This document shows positions 32,286 through 42,492 of a DNA stretch of 64,000 bases, piece by piece. The notes beneath the pieces were generated by a model. That model had not been told where the DNA came from. It saw only the letters and a list, made by a program, of their open reading frames with translations, and did not search any database. The position numbers and the translations under genes were made by a program. Within the stretch, counting starts at the first letter, position 1. Every line of letters begins with the position of its first letter. The DNA is from Methylophilaceae bacterium (GTDB taxonomy: Bacteria > Pseudomonadota > Gammaproteobacteria > Burkholderiales > Methylophilaceae), in contig JAFMCB010000004.1 of assembly GCA_017858095.1 (NCBI GenBank), forward strand, positions 1,688 through 65,687, given 5' to 3'.

Positions 32286-33441
32286 AGAACTGGCCTCTTA
32301 TATTTTTTCTATTTTCATGATCAATTTTTAGTACGATTGAAAGCGCGATAATATTCATTAAAATACTACTTCCACCATAAGAAAGCAGAGGTAATGTTAA
32401 ACCTTTAGTTGGAAATAACCCAACATTCACTCCCATATTAATAATTCCCTGAAGACCAAACCATAGGCCAATACCTTGCGCCATTAATGCAGCAAAATGT
32501 TTTTTATTTTGGATGCTTTCTTTTGCGATTCCAAACATTCGTAAGACTAAATATGCAAATAAACAAATTACAATTGTGACACCAAGAAAACCAAATTCTT
32601 CACCAAGTACCGCTAAGATAAAATCAGTATGTGCTTCTGGTAAATATTGTAATTTCTCAACACTGCCTCCCAGCCCAACACCAAAAAACTCACCCCGTCC
32701 AAATGCAATTAATGAATGTGTTAATTGATAGCCTTTTCCAAAAGGGTCTGCCCATGGGTCAAGAAATCCGACAATACGTTCCATTCGATAAGGTGAGCTA
32801 GTAATTAAAAAATAAATACTGATTGGGGCAAAAATAATCAAACTAAAGAAAATCTTATAAGTTAAGCCACCTAAAAATAATATACCTAACGCAATTAAAG
32901 TGATGACTGCTAACGCACCAAAATCAGGTTCCAATAGCAATAAAAATCCTGTAAAAACTATTACACCAAGCATGGGCAGAAAACCTTTCATGATTGTTCG
33001 CATTTGCTTTGATTTTCTTAAGACATAATCTGATGCGTACATGATTGTAAAAAGCTTTACTACCTCTGAGGGTTGAAAATTAGTAAAACCGAGTGAGATC
33101 CATCGTTGACTGCCATTTACCTCACGCCCAATGCCTGGGACCAAAACAAGTATCAGCAAAACTAAACCCATAATAAATAAAAATGGTGCCATTTTTTGCC
33201 AAAAATAAATTGGTATCAAAAAACAAATATAACCAATAAAAAAGCCAAGGGTTATAAAAATAAACTGCCTCAATAAATAATAATAATTTTCATAATTGGA
33301 TAATTTACTTGCTGCAGCAATATCAACCGATGATGAATAAACCATAACCAGGCCAATGCCAAGGAGAATTAAACTGACCCAGATTAAATTGTAGTCATAG
33401 ATGGGTAAATTATAATTTTTTTGTGATGAAAATATTTTCAT
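32281..33441 (-). CDS. ftsW: SEDS peptidoglycan polymerase FtsW
   Basis: VNGSQRW, QPSE, EPDFG, LPEAHTDF, PTKGLTLPLLSYGGSS. Confidence 0.97.
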   Translation of the reverse strand: MKIFSSQKNYNLPIYDYNLIWVSLILLGIGLVMVYSSSVDIAAASKLSNYENYYYLLRQFIFITLGFFIGYICFLIPIYFWQKMAPFLFIMGLVLLILVLVPGIGREVNGSQRWISLGFTNFQPSEVVKLFTIMYASDYVLRKSKQMRTIMKGFLPMLGVIVFTGFLLLLEPDFGALAVITLIALGILFLGGLTYKIFFSLIIFAPISIYFLITSSPYRMERIVGFLDPWADPFGKGYQLTHSLIAFGRGEFFGVGLGGSVEKLQYLPEAHTDFILAVLGEEFGFLGVTIVICLFAYLVLRMFGIAKESIQNKKHFAALMAQGIGLWFGLQGIINMGVNVGLFPTKGLTLPLLSYGGSSILMNIIALSIVLKIDHENRKNIRGQFY

Positions 33442-34787
33442 GTTAATAAATGTACATTATTTGTAAAATCATCCCCTCTAGCCATATAGTTTTTATACAT
33501 ATCGGTACTTGCACATGCTGGAGCCAATAAGATAATCTGACCCTTTTTTGCTTGTGCATAAACAAACTTTACTGCTGTATCCATTGCGCCACAATTTTTA
33601 ATGCTAAGGTTTTTAATATTAGAAAATTTTTCTTGGAATAATTTTGCATCTTTTCCGATTAAAGCAAGGGTTAAAACATTGTTACCTACAATTTCTCTTA
33701 ATGGTTCTAAAGATTGATTTTTACTATCACCCCCAACAATTAAGTGAATTTTTTTATTAGGAAAACTTTTCACTGCTGCAATAGATGATGCAATATTCGT
33801 TGCTTTTGAATCATTATAAAAATCTATACCTTTAATGTTTCTGACCCATTCGAGTCGATGTGGAATTGCATTAAATTTCTCTAATGCTATTTTTGTAAAA
33901 TCAAACTTAGGAAAAATTAATCGGATAGCAGCAACTGCCGCCATAATATTAAATACATTATGATTACCTTTTAAAGTCATCGCAGAAACATCAAGCAAAA
34001 AATCTTTTTTATCTTGAATTAAAGTCTTATTACGAAGTTTGCTGACATAATAATCAGGGCAATCTTCTTTAAACAATAAACTTAATGATGTTGTATCTTT
34101 ATCGTACCAATCATGAAGGTTAGGATCATCATAATTAATGATTTTCTTAATTGATTGTCTGTGAAGATTTTTTTTCGCCTCCACATAATCCTTAAATTTT
34201 TCATAACGATCCAGATGATCCTCACTGATATTTAATGTAACTCCCACGTGAAATTTTAAATCATTATTTATTTCAAGTTGAAAACTAGATAATTCGACAA
34301 TTAAAACCTCTAAATTTTTATTGGGAAAAATATCTAAAACTGGCTTACCAATATTCCCAACTGCTTCTGTATTTATTCCATATTCCGTCAAGAAAAATTT
34401 TAATAGCGAGCACGTCGTTGTTTTGCCATTGGTTCCTGTTACCCCAATAAGTTTACAATTATTGTCATTTATTTCTTTGGCAAGAAAATACAGGTCATTA
34501 ATAATAGCTACCCGATTTTTTTTTAATTTAGCTTGAATGTTATTGTCTAATTTGATACCCGGACTCAGTGCAACACAATCAAAATTTTCAAATGGGATTT
34601 CATTGATATCATTCCAAAAATAATTTTCTATTTTATGGTTTCTACCTATTTCTTTGAGTTGATCTAAAGATTTATTTTTATCATAAATTGAAATTTTTCT
34701 ACAGCGACTTGATAGATAATTCAGTATGGATACTCCTGTTACTCCCATACCAATAATTAAAATTTGATCAGTATTTATATTTTGCAT
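33438..34787 (-). CDS. murD: UDP-MurNAc-L-Ala--D-Glu ligase
   Basis: GTNGKTT, ELSSFQL, DHLDRY, NDSKATN, LAPACAS. Confidence 0.96.
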   Translation of the reverse strand: MQNINTDQILIIGMGVTGVSILNYLSSRCRKISIYDKNKSLDQLKEIGRNHKIENYFWNDINEIPFENFDCVALSPGIKLDNNIQAKLKKNRVAIINDLYFLAKEINDNNCKLIGVTGTNGKTTTCSLLKFFLTEYGINTEAVGNIGKPVLDIFPNKNLEVLIVELSSFQLEINNDLKFHVGVTLNISEDHLDRYEKFKDYVEAKKNLHRQSIKKIINYDDPNLHDWYDKDTTSLSLLFKEDCPDYYVSKLRNKTLIQDKKDFLLDVSAMTLKGNHNVFNIMAAVAAIRLIFPKFDFTKIALEKFNAIPHRLEWVRNIKGIDFYNDSKATNIASSIAAVKSFPNKKIHLIVGGDSKNQSLEPLREIVGNNVLTLALIGKDAKLFQEKFSNIKNLSIKNCGAMDTAVKFVYAQAKKGQIILLAPACASTDMYKNYMARGDDFTNNVHLLT

Positions 34788-35890
34788 TACCTAATTTTAA
34801 GGCTAGCCAGTCCAATAAGAACCAAAATCATAGATATAATCCAAAATCTCACTACCACCTGCGTCTCTTTCCAGCCCTTTTTCTCATAATGATGATGCAA
34901 TGGAGCCATTAAAAAGATTCGCCTTCCTTGTCCATACTTATTTTTTGTATAACGAAAATAACTGACTTGTAATGCAACTGAAATAGTCTCAACCACAAAC
35001 ACTCCTGCCATGATAAATAATACGATTTCTTGTCGAACAATCACGGCGAGCGTGCCCATTGCTGCACCTAACGACAATGACCCGAGGTCACCCATAAAAA
35101 CTTCTGCTGGGTAGGCATTAAACCAAAGAAAGCCTAATCCAGCACCAGCAATTGCTGCACAAAAAATTGTCAGCTCACCAATGCCTACAATATAAGGAAT
35201 ACCTAAATAAGATGAAAAAATAGTATTTCCGCTAAGGTAGGCAAAAACCCCCAAGGCGCTAATAACCATTACAAGAGGCATGATCGCTAATCCATCAAGG
35301 CCATCAGTTAAATTCACGGCGTTACTGCTACCAACAATAACCAGGTAAGTTAGAAACAAAAATCCAAATGTACCCAAGGGAAGACTTAAATTTTTAAAAA
35401 AAGGAATAAGTAACTCTGTTTGTTGTGGCGATGATGCCGTCATTAATAGGTATATTGCAACACCCAAACCAATCATTGATTGTAAAAAATATTTTTGTAT
35501 TGCTGTTAAGCCATCAGATTGTTTCTTCCTTATTTTACTGTAATCGTCAACAAGGCCTATTAAACCAAAACCTATTACTACAATAATTAACAACCAAACA
35601 AAACGGTTAGATAGATCGGCCCATAGTAAAGTAGAAATTAAGATCGATATAATTATTAAAGCCCCACCCATTGTTGGGGTGCCTGTCTTTGCTATATGAC
35701 CCTCAGGTCCATCAGCCCTGATATATTGACCAAAGCTGTAATCACCTAATTTTTTAATAAACCATGGGCCAATAGTAAATGAAACAAACAGCGAGGTAAT
35801 GACAGCAAGAACCGCTCTTAATGAAATATAATTAAAAACACTAAAGCTACTAAAACTATCTGATAGCCATCGAAAAAATTCCAGTAGCAT
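34787..35890 (-). CDS. mraY: Phospho-MurNAc-pentapeptide transferase
   Basis: [36 protein letters not shown]. Confidence 0.98.
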   Translation of the reverse strand: MLLEFFRWLSDSFSSFSVFNYISLRAVLAVITSLFVSFTIGPWFIKKLGDYSFGQYIRADGPEGHIAKTGTPTMGGALIIISILISTLLWADLSNRFVWLLIIVVIGFGLIGLVDDYSKIRKKQSDGLTAIQKYFLQSMIGLGVAIYLLMTASSPQQTELLIPFFKNLSLPLGTFGFLFLTYLVIVGSSNAVNLTDGLDGLAIMPLVMVISALGVFAYLSGNTIFSSYLGIPYIVGIGELTIFCAAIAGAGLGFLWFNAYPAEVFMGDLGSLSLGAAMGTLAVIVRQEIVLFIMAGVFVVETISVALQVSYFRYTKNKYGQGRRIFLMAPLHHHYEKKGWKETQVVVRFWIISMILVLIGLASLKIR

Positions 35891-35910
35891 AAATTAACAT
35901 CCAAAAATAA

Positions 35911-37245
35911 TTAAAAGTTTTGTATGGCTTCAATGATATCTTCCATCTTCATTGAACGCGACCCTTTTACCAAAATAATACTATTTGATTTTAAATTTTT
36001 TTTCAAAGACTCAATTAATAATTCTTTGGAGGAATACCAAAAATTTTTTTTAATATCACTTTCGGTATTTTTAAAAAATATGCCAAATCTAAAAATTAAA
36101 TCAATATTTTTATTTTCAGCATAACTTATTATCTCTTGATGGTATTGCTTAGCACTCTTTCCCAGCTCTGCCATATCGCCAATTACTGCAATTTTGTAAC
36201 CTACCATATCACTGAGGATATCAAGGGCTTTTTTCATAGAAGTGGGATTGGCATTATAGCAATCATCAATGATCGTCATACCGTTTTTCATTCGCTTAAA
36301 CTCTAATCGGTGTGGAATATTAAAATTTATATTTTTAATTTGATTAAATTCTTCCTCTACGAAATCCAGTTCTGTTGCAACTCCAATGGCACACATGAAA
36401 TTAATAGCATTATGTTCAGCAATAAATTTTATTTTTTCAATAATCTTCTTACCTTGATAATAAAAATTATACAAATTATGAGTTTTTTCATAATAAATGT
36501 CTGCTTTATTTGATTTACCAAATGTTATTTTCTTTTGCTGCAAACCATCAGATAACAATTCATAATAATCATCATCAAAAGGTAAAATTAAAGTTCCAGT
36601 GGGACTTGTATTCAAAAGTAATTCTTTTTTTGCTAAAGCAATATTTTTTCTTGTACTAAAATTTTCGATATGCGCCTCCCCGATGTTGGTAATGACCGCT
36701 ATATCTGGAGGAGCTATTTTAGAAAGATAATCTATTTCCCCGCTATGATTCATTCCCATCTCAAGAATTGCTATTTTATGTTCTACCTTTAGTTTGAATA
36801 ATGTCAGTGGTAAACCAATATGATTATTTAAATTGCCTTCGGTCGCTAATATTGTATGTTCGCTAAATTTATACTTTAGAATATTTAAGATAGCTTCTTT
36901 GGTAGTTGTCTTTCCATTACTGCCTGTAATAGCAATTACTTTAGGTTTTTGTTGTTGAACAAAGTATGCAGCAATTTGCGCTAGCGCGAGATCAGTATTT
37001 TCAACAATAATGCAGTTAGGCTTACTGGGTATTTGTTCTGCAATAATACAAACACTTGCCCCTTTTTCAAAAGCATCTTCAATGAAATGGTGGCCATTAA
37101 AATTCTTTCCCTTGATAGCAATAAATATTTCGTTTTCTTTGATGCTTCTTGTATCAATTGAAATTCCGGAAAAAACCTTATTTTCTAATCCGTTATTACT
37201 AACATTAAGAATCTTTAATAATGTATTTGTATCAAGTTGTACCAT
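35911..37245 (-). CDS. murF: UDP-MurNAc-tripeptide--D-Ala-D-Ala ligase
   Basis: IDTR, TGSNGKTTTK, NNHIGLP, EMGMNH, DCYNANP, KGSR. Confidence 0.96.
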   Translation of the reverse strand: MVQLDTNTLLKILNVSNNGLENKVFSGISIDTRSIKENEIFIAIKGKNFNGHHFIEDAFEKGASVCIIAEQIPSKPNCIIVENTDLALAQIAAYFVQQQKPKVIAITGSNGKTTTKEAILNILKYKFSEHTILATEGNLNNHIGLPLTLFKLKVEHKIAILEMGMNHSGEIDYLSKIAPPDIAVITNIGEAHIENFSTRKNIALAKKELLLNTSPTGTLILPFDDDYYELLSDGLQQKKITFGKSNKADIYYEKTHNLYNFYYQGKKIIEKIKFIAEHNAINFMCAIGVATELDFVEEEFNQIKNINFNIPHRLEFKRMKNGMTIIDDCYNANPTSMKKALDILSDMVGYKIAVIGDMAELGKSAKQYHQEIISYAENKNIDLIFRFGIFFKNTESDIKKNFWYSSKELLIESLKKNLKSNSIILVKGSRSMKMEDIIEAIQNF

Positions 37246-38659
37246 TTTTTTTCAATATCTTCAGCACTGTCTCACGGTCAGAATAAGGAATTTTTTTTCC
37301 TTCTATTTCTTGATATTCCTCATGTCCTTTTCCTGCAATCAAAAGTATGTTGTCATGATTAATCAGCTGCATTGCTCTTTTTATTGCTTCAGATCTGTTT
37401 TCTATCATGACATAAGGTGTTGTTATTGCAGAAACAATATGAAGCATAATTTGTGCTGGATTTTCACTCCTTGGATTATCCGATGTCACAATAATGTGAT
37501 CAGCTAATTTGCTTGCAATGATTCCCATTTCTTTCCTTTTGCCTGGATCACGGTCACCTCCACACCCAAAAACTAAGATAATTTTTTTGGCAAAAGTTTC
37601 TTTTAGTGCCAACAGAACCTTCTCGAGAGCATCGGGTGTGTGTGCATAGTCTAAAAAAATATTTGTATTTTCAGCCTGCTTTAAAAAAACTCTCTCCAAT
37701 CGACCACAAATTGGTTTTAACTTACCTACGCAATGAATAATTTCGTCTATATTAAATTGGTAGCCAATCAAAGTAGTAATGACTGATAATAGATTTGAAA
37801 TATTATGTGCTCCAAAAAAATTGCAGCTAACATGATATTTTTTATTTCTAAAAATTAAATCAAACGTAGTACTTTTATCGTAGACGATATTTCTAGCCAC
37901 AAGGTCAGCATTATTTCTTAACCCATAAGATATAATTTTTACGTTTTTTTCTTTTATTATTTGTTTGCCAATTTCATCATCCGCATTTATTACATAAAAT
38001 TTTGATGCATTCGATGCAAAAAAGCTTTTTTTAATTTTTTGATACTCTTGTAAGGAGGAATGATAATCTAAATGATCTCTAGAAACATTGGTTAATATTT
38101 TTGCGCCAAAGTTAACAGCTTCAATTCTTTTCTGTTGAATTGCGTGTGAAGATACTTCCATAGCCATAAAGGAATATTTTTTACTGACGTACTGATTAAT
38201 AATCTCTTGAATTACTATCGCATCGGGTGTGGTATTCAAAGTATTATTTATTTTTTTACTATCTCCATAACCCAAAGTACCAATCCATGCTGATTTTTTA
38301 TTAAGGAGGGTGAGGGCCTGTTGAAGCCAGCCAACCACGGTAGTTTTTCCATTTGTGCCTGTCACCCCTATCACTTCAATTTTTTTTGAAGGATAGTTAT
38401 AAAACTCTGAAGCAATTATTGAAACTTGATTTTTAAGATTGGTTATAGGAATGAAGTTAAGTTGATGTAAATCTGTTTCAAAATTTTGTGGTTCGTAAAA
38501 AATGTAAGAAGCACCTTTTTTTAGTGCATCTTGAATATAGTTTCTACCATCTTGATAATGACCAGGGTAGGCTAAAAAAATATAGCCAGCTTTTACCTTG
38601 CGACTATCACTTGTAATGCCGATACAGTTTGAAAAAATCTTGAGCAAATCTTCACTCAT
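37232..38659 (-). CDS. murE: UDP-MurNAc-dipeptide--meso-DAP ligase
   Basis: TGTNGKTT, MEVSSH, DYAHTPDA, DNPR (DAP specificity), GKGHE. Confidence 0.97.
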   Translation of the reverse strand: MSEDLLKIFSNCIGITSDSRKVKAGYIFLAYPGHYQDGRNYIQDALKKGASYIFYEPQNFETDLHQLNFIPITNLKNQVSIIASEFYNYPSKKIEVIGVTGTNGKTTVVGWLQQALTLLNKKSAWIGTLGYGDSKKINNTLNTTPDAIVIQEIINQYVSKKYSFMAMEVSSHAIQQKRIEAVNFGAKILTNVSRDHLDYHSSLQEYQKIKKSFFASNASKFYVINADDEIGKQIIKEKNVKIISYGLRNNADLVARNIVYDKSTTFDLIFRNKKYHVSCNFFGAHNISNLLSVITTLIGYQFNIDEIIHCVGKLKPICGRLERVFLKQAENTNIFLDYAHTPDALEKVLLALKETFAKKIILVFGCGGDRDPGKRKEMGIIASKLADHIIVTSDNPRSENPAQIMLHIVSAITTPYVMIENRSEAIKRAMQLINHDNILLIAGKGHEEYQEIEGKKIPYSDRETVLKILKKNGTT

Positions 38660-40389
38660 ATGACCTTGTCATTTTTTGAGTCCGCCACAATGGTATTGTC
38701 TTTTTTCTCGATAGCGTCTTGCGGCACTGAATAAATTTTTAGTGCATCACTCATAATCGAACTGAAAACAGGTCCTGCAACCACTCCTCCATAGTAACCA
38801 TCAATTGTTGGCTCATCAATCATTACCGCTAAAACAAAACGTGGATTTGACACTGGCGCAATACCTACGAAAGATCCAATATATTTGTTTTCATAGGCCC
38901 CATTAATAATTTTGTGGGCAGTTCCTGTCTTACCAGCCACGCGATAGCCCGAAACTTTTGCTTGCGGCGCTGTGCCGTCAGTCGAAACAACAGACTCGAG
39001 TATTTCTAACATTTGCCTACTGGTTTGATTTGACAAAACCTTTCTACCAATTACAGGTTCAGAATTTTTAAGCAATTTAGCAGCCTTTAATTCGCCCTCA
39101 TTCGCAAAAACAGTATAAGCCTGTGCCAATTGCAATAAGTTTGTACTTAATCCATAGCCATAACTTATGGTCGCATGTTCCGTTTTTCTCCAATGCTTAA
39201 AATGGTGCACTTTACCGGAAGTTTCACCCGGAAATCCAACTCCTGTTTTTACTCCTAAACCAAATAAATTGATTGTTGACCACAGATATTTTGAATCAAG
39301 TTTTTCACAAATTAATGTTGTACCAACATTAGAGGATTTTTGTATTACTTCGCTTACAGATATTATTCCATGATCTTTTGTGTCTTTTACCGTAAAACGT
39401 GAGCCTCCTAAACGATACATCCCATGCTCTGTATCGATAATACTCTGAGGTTTAATTTGTTTAGATTCTAATGCTGCACTTATTGTTATCGGCTTAATTG
39501 TAGATCCTGGCTCAAAGATATCTGTGACGACTCTATTTCGAATGCGTGATGTGGGTTTACTTTTATTATTCGGATTATAAGAGGGATAATTTGTCATACT
39601 TAAGACTTCACCAGTTTTTGCATCTAATAAAACAGCTGATCCAGATGTCGCTCCATGTTTTTCAACTGCTTTTTTTAAAGCCTGATATGAGGTGTACTGA
39701 AGTCGCTTGTCAATTGAGAGTTGAACGTCTTGCCCATCAATAGGTATTTGTATATCTTGGAGGTCATCAACAATTCTTCCTAAATTATCTTTTAAAACCT
39801 TTTTATAGCCGGGCACTCCGGACAATAAATTATTAGCATAAAGTTCAACCCCTTCTTGACCAATACCATCAATATTTGTGAACCCAACCAAATGTGCCGT
39901 CGTTTCTCTTTCAGGGTAAAAACGATCGTAGTTTTTTTCTGTTCGAATACCAGGAATTTTTAATTGCAAAACACGCGTTGCCAATTCAGGAGAAGCTCTT
40001 CTTTTTAAATATACGTATTGTTTGTCTTTTTTGTTTAATCTTTGTTCTAAATGCTCAACCCTTAATTCCAGTAACTTGGCTAATTTTTTCTTTTGAAGCT
40101 CATTCATTTCAACCTCAGGAGGATTAACCCAAATGGTTTGCACCGGTGAGCTAATCGCTAATATTTCGCCATGCCGATCAATGACCTTCCCTCGGTAGGC
40201 ATGCAGCTCTTCAATACGATTACTGGTTGCTCGACCTTTTTTTTGTAAAAAATCTGTTTGCATACCTTGAAGGTAAAAAGACCTGCTAATAAGTGTTGCA
40301 AATAAAGAGAGTAAGACAAGAAGCACTAATCGTCTTCTAAAAGTTGATAATTCAAAAAAATTTGAAGGATTTTTTGTTTTTCTAACCAT
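38656..40389 (-). CDS. ftsI: Class B penicillin-binding protein PBP3
   Basis: EPGSTIK (SxxK), KSSN, GKTGT. Confidence 0.96.
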   Translation of the reverse strand: MVRKTKNPSNFFELSTFRRRLVLLVLLSLFATLISRSFYLQGMQTDFLQKKGRATSNRIEELHAYRGKVIDRHGEILAISSPVQTIWVNPPEVEMNELQKKKLAKLLELRVEHLEQRLNKKDKQYVYLKRRASPELATRVLQLKIPGIRTEKNYDRFYPERETTAHLVGFTNIDGIGQEGVELYANNLLSGVPGYKKVLKDNLGRIVDDLQDIQIPIDGQDVQLSIDKRLQYTSYQALKKAVEKHGATSGSAVLLDAKTGEVLSMTNYPSYNPNNKSKPTSRIRNRVVTDIFEPGSTIKPITISAALESKQIKPQSIIDTEHGMYRLGGSRFTVKDTKDHGIISVSEVIQKSSNVGTTLICEKLDSKYLWSTINLFGLGVKTGVGFPGETSGKVHHFKHWRKTEHATISYGYGLSTNLLQLAQAYTVFANEGELKAAKLLKNSEPVIGRKVLSNQTSRQMLEILESVVSTDGTAPQAKVSGYRVAGKTGTAHKIINGAYENKYIGSFVGIAPVSNPRFVLAVMIDEPTIDGYYGGVVAGPVFSSIMSDALKIYSVPQDAIEKKDNTIVADSKNDKVI

Positions 40390-40643
40390 TATTTCAAAAT
40401 CCTTTTATCTAATTTTTTTGGGGCATACATCCCTAGTTTTTTGGTTGCAATCTCATTTATCCTGTCATTACCTGATTTTTCAGATTCTTCAATTTGTAAC
40501 TTTGTTTGCTCATCCCTTAATTCAAATGTCAGTTTATTTTCTCGATCCAGTTGTGAGTAATTATTTCGATATTGATGTTCAGCATTGACTAAAGTTAATG
40601 CAAAAATTATTAACATACTAAACAGGATTAAATTTAGCCTCAT
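40389..40643 (-). CDS. ftsL: Cell division protein FtsL
   Basis: TM plus coiled coil, IATKKLGM; lies between rsmH and ftsI. Confidence 0.85.
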   Translation of the reverse strand: MRLNLILFSMLIIFALTLVNAEHQYRNNYSQLDRENKLTFELRDEQTKLQIEESEKSGNDRINEIATKKLGMYAPKKLDKRILK

Positions 40644-41580
40644 TGTTCACTCACTTTCTCAATAACCCTTAATGTTGCACTTCTCGATCTAGGGTTTTGT
40701 GCAAGCTCATTTGGACTGGGCTTTATAAATTTTCCGACCTTCTTAATTTTTGCAGGCTTTATATCCTTTGCTTTAATAGGAATATTTTTGGGAAGAAAAT
40801 CCGTTTTAGTTTGCAGGGTAATAAAATTTTTAACAATACGGTCTTCAAGGGAATGAAAACTAATTATTACTAAACGACCGCCGATTTTTAGTAACTCTAA
40901 TGCCTTCGGTAAGGCTGTCTCTAGCTCTTGCAACTCCTCATTTGTCTGTATTCGCAGTGCCTGGAAAATTCTAGTAGCAGGATTTTTACCCAAATCTTTT
41001 TTTGGTTGCGCCTTCGCAGCAATATTGGCAAGTTCTAATGTATTTTTTATTGGGCCTTTTTCATTCCTATGTTCAATAATTTGGTTTGCAATTCGCCAAG
41101 CAAATTTTTCTTCTCCATAACTCTTAAATATTTTTGATAACTCAATCGCATCCCAAGAATTGACAATATCAAAGGCCGAAACTTTTTGATTTTGATCCAT
41201 TCGCATGTCCAAGTCAGCTTGATGCATAAAGCTAAATCCGCGTGTTGGGTTATCAATTTGTGGTGAGGAGATACCTAAATCCATTAAAATTCCATCTAAT
41301 TTATGTATACTTTTTTTTTTAAAATCTCTTGCATGAAAGAAAAATTGCCACGTTCGATTTCAAATCTTTTATCGTGAATTTTTTTGCCTTCATTAATTGC
41401 CTCCTCATCCCTATCAATTGCAATTAATTTGCCCTTTGCTTGAAGAGTTGACAGAATTTTTCTCGAATGGCCACCTCGACCAAAAGTACAATCTAAATAA
41501 CTTCCATCAGGTTTAATATTTAATGCTGTGATAGCTTCTTCTAAAAGAACAGGAATATGACCATATGCATCGTTACTCAT
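40640..41580 (-). CDS. rsmH: 16S rRNA m4C1402 methyltransferase, split by a frameshift at an A10 run (41311-41320)
   Basis: N part HIPVLLEE, DCTFGRGGHS (41296-41580); C part DLGISSPQ, SFHSLEDR, NPRSRSA (40640-41284); one extra A joins them via SIHKLDGILMD. Confidence 0.92.
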
Positions 41581-42023
41581 AAAGAAAATCCATCCAATTC
41601 TGCTGGCAATTCATCTTGATTATCAATACTGATATTTTGAATTTGATGCGACCATGCTTCCTCACTCCACAGCTCAAAATGACTTCCTTGGCCGACGAGC
41701 ATGGTAGTTTTTTCAATCTTGGAAAAATTTCTTAATTCTGCAGATATTAATATTCGTCCTGAACCATCAATTGAGACATCTTCAGCGTAGCCCACCAATA
41801 ACCGTTGTAATTTGCTTGATTTTTTATCAAAACTAGATAACTGCATGATTTTATTTTGAATTGGCTCCCAGGCAACTTGTGGATACAAAAGCAAACAACC
41901 ATGTGGATGTGCTGTTAGTACAACAGAGCCTTTGGATTCCGTAAGCAAAGCCTCACGGTACTTTGTAGGTACTGCCACTCGACTCTTACCATCAAGATTT
42001 AAAAGAGTTACGCCCCTATACAT
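41577..42023 (-). CDS. mraZ: Transcriptional regulator MraZ
   Basis: LDGKSRVAVP and IDGSGRILI repeats; first gene of the dcw cluster. Confidence 0.96.
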   Translation of the reverse strand: MYRGVTLLNLDGKSRVAVPTKYREALLTESKGSVVLTAHPHGCLLLYPQVAWEPIQNKIMQLSSFDKKSSKLQRLLVGYAEDVSIDGSGRILISAELRNFSKIEKTTMLVGQGSHFELWSEEAWSHQIQNISIDNQDELPAELDGFSL

Positions 42024-42084
42024 AGCCTTTACCTAATAAAAAGATGGGAAATTACTAAACGCCCTTAGTTTCGTTAAATAATTT

Positions 42085-42109
42085 CCCACAAATTACCACT
42101 TTTTCCCTA
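42085..42109 (-). promoter_or_regulatory. Three MraZ-binding direct repeats
   Basis: Minus strand TAGGG-AAAAA-GTGGT-AATTT-GTGGG, 10-bp period. Confidence 0.75.
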
Positions 42110-42117
42110 ACAGCTAC

Positions 42118-42146
42118 ACTATAGGCAAAAAAAAAGTGCTTTGCAA
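42118..42146 (-). promoter_or_regulatory. Sigma70 promoter of the dcw operon
   Basis: TTGCAA-17 nt-TATAGT immediately upstream of the MraZ boxes. Confidence 0.75.
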
Positions 42147-42155
42147 GCACTTTTT
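42127..42155 (-). terminator. Intrinsic terminator downstream of rnpB
   Basis: AAAAAGTGCT/AGCACTTTTT hairpin followed by a T run on the minus strand. Confidence 0.7.
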
Positions 42156-42195
42156 AAATTTTTTCTTTACGTTTCAAGGATTTAGATAAAAGAAA

Positions 42196-42475
42196 AAGTT
42201 GACCGATAAGCCGGGTTCTGTCGTGGACAGTCATTCATCTAGCTAAATAATTACTTATTTAGTCAAGCAGCCTACCCGATAACGACACGAGCCATGTCAT
42301 TGTTATCCTATTTGGCCTTGCTCCAAGTGGAGGTTACCGCGTTTCACCGTAACTAAATACGCTCGTCTCTGTGGCCCTATTCCTCACCTCACGGCGTATG
42401 GCTGTTAGCCATCACTTCGCTCTGTGGAGCCCGGACTTTCCTCTATGCATAGCATAGCGACTGTCTGGTCAACTT
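42196..42475 (-). ncRNA. rnpB: RNase P RNA, bacterial type A, reduced (about 280 nt)
   Basis: Minus strand GAGGAAAGTCCGGGCTCC ... ACAGAACCCGGCTTA; P1 pairs AAGTTGACC with GGTCAACTT; ends approximate. Confidence 0.97.
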
Positions 42476-42492
42476 AACAAGATTTTATCATT

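Noticed and set aside
21169-38659. Visibly more AT-rich stretch suggesting a genomic island
   Set aside because: Contains only core dcw and housekeeping genes in canonical order, with no integrase, tRNA or flanking repeats; better explained by AT drift in less constrained genes (GC not computed)
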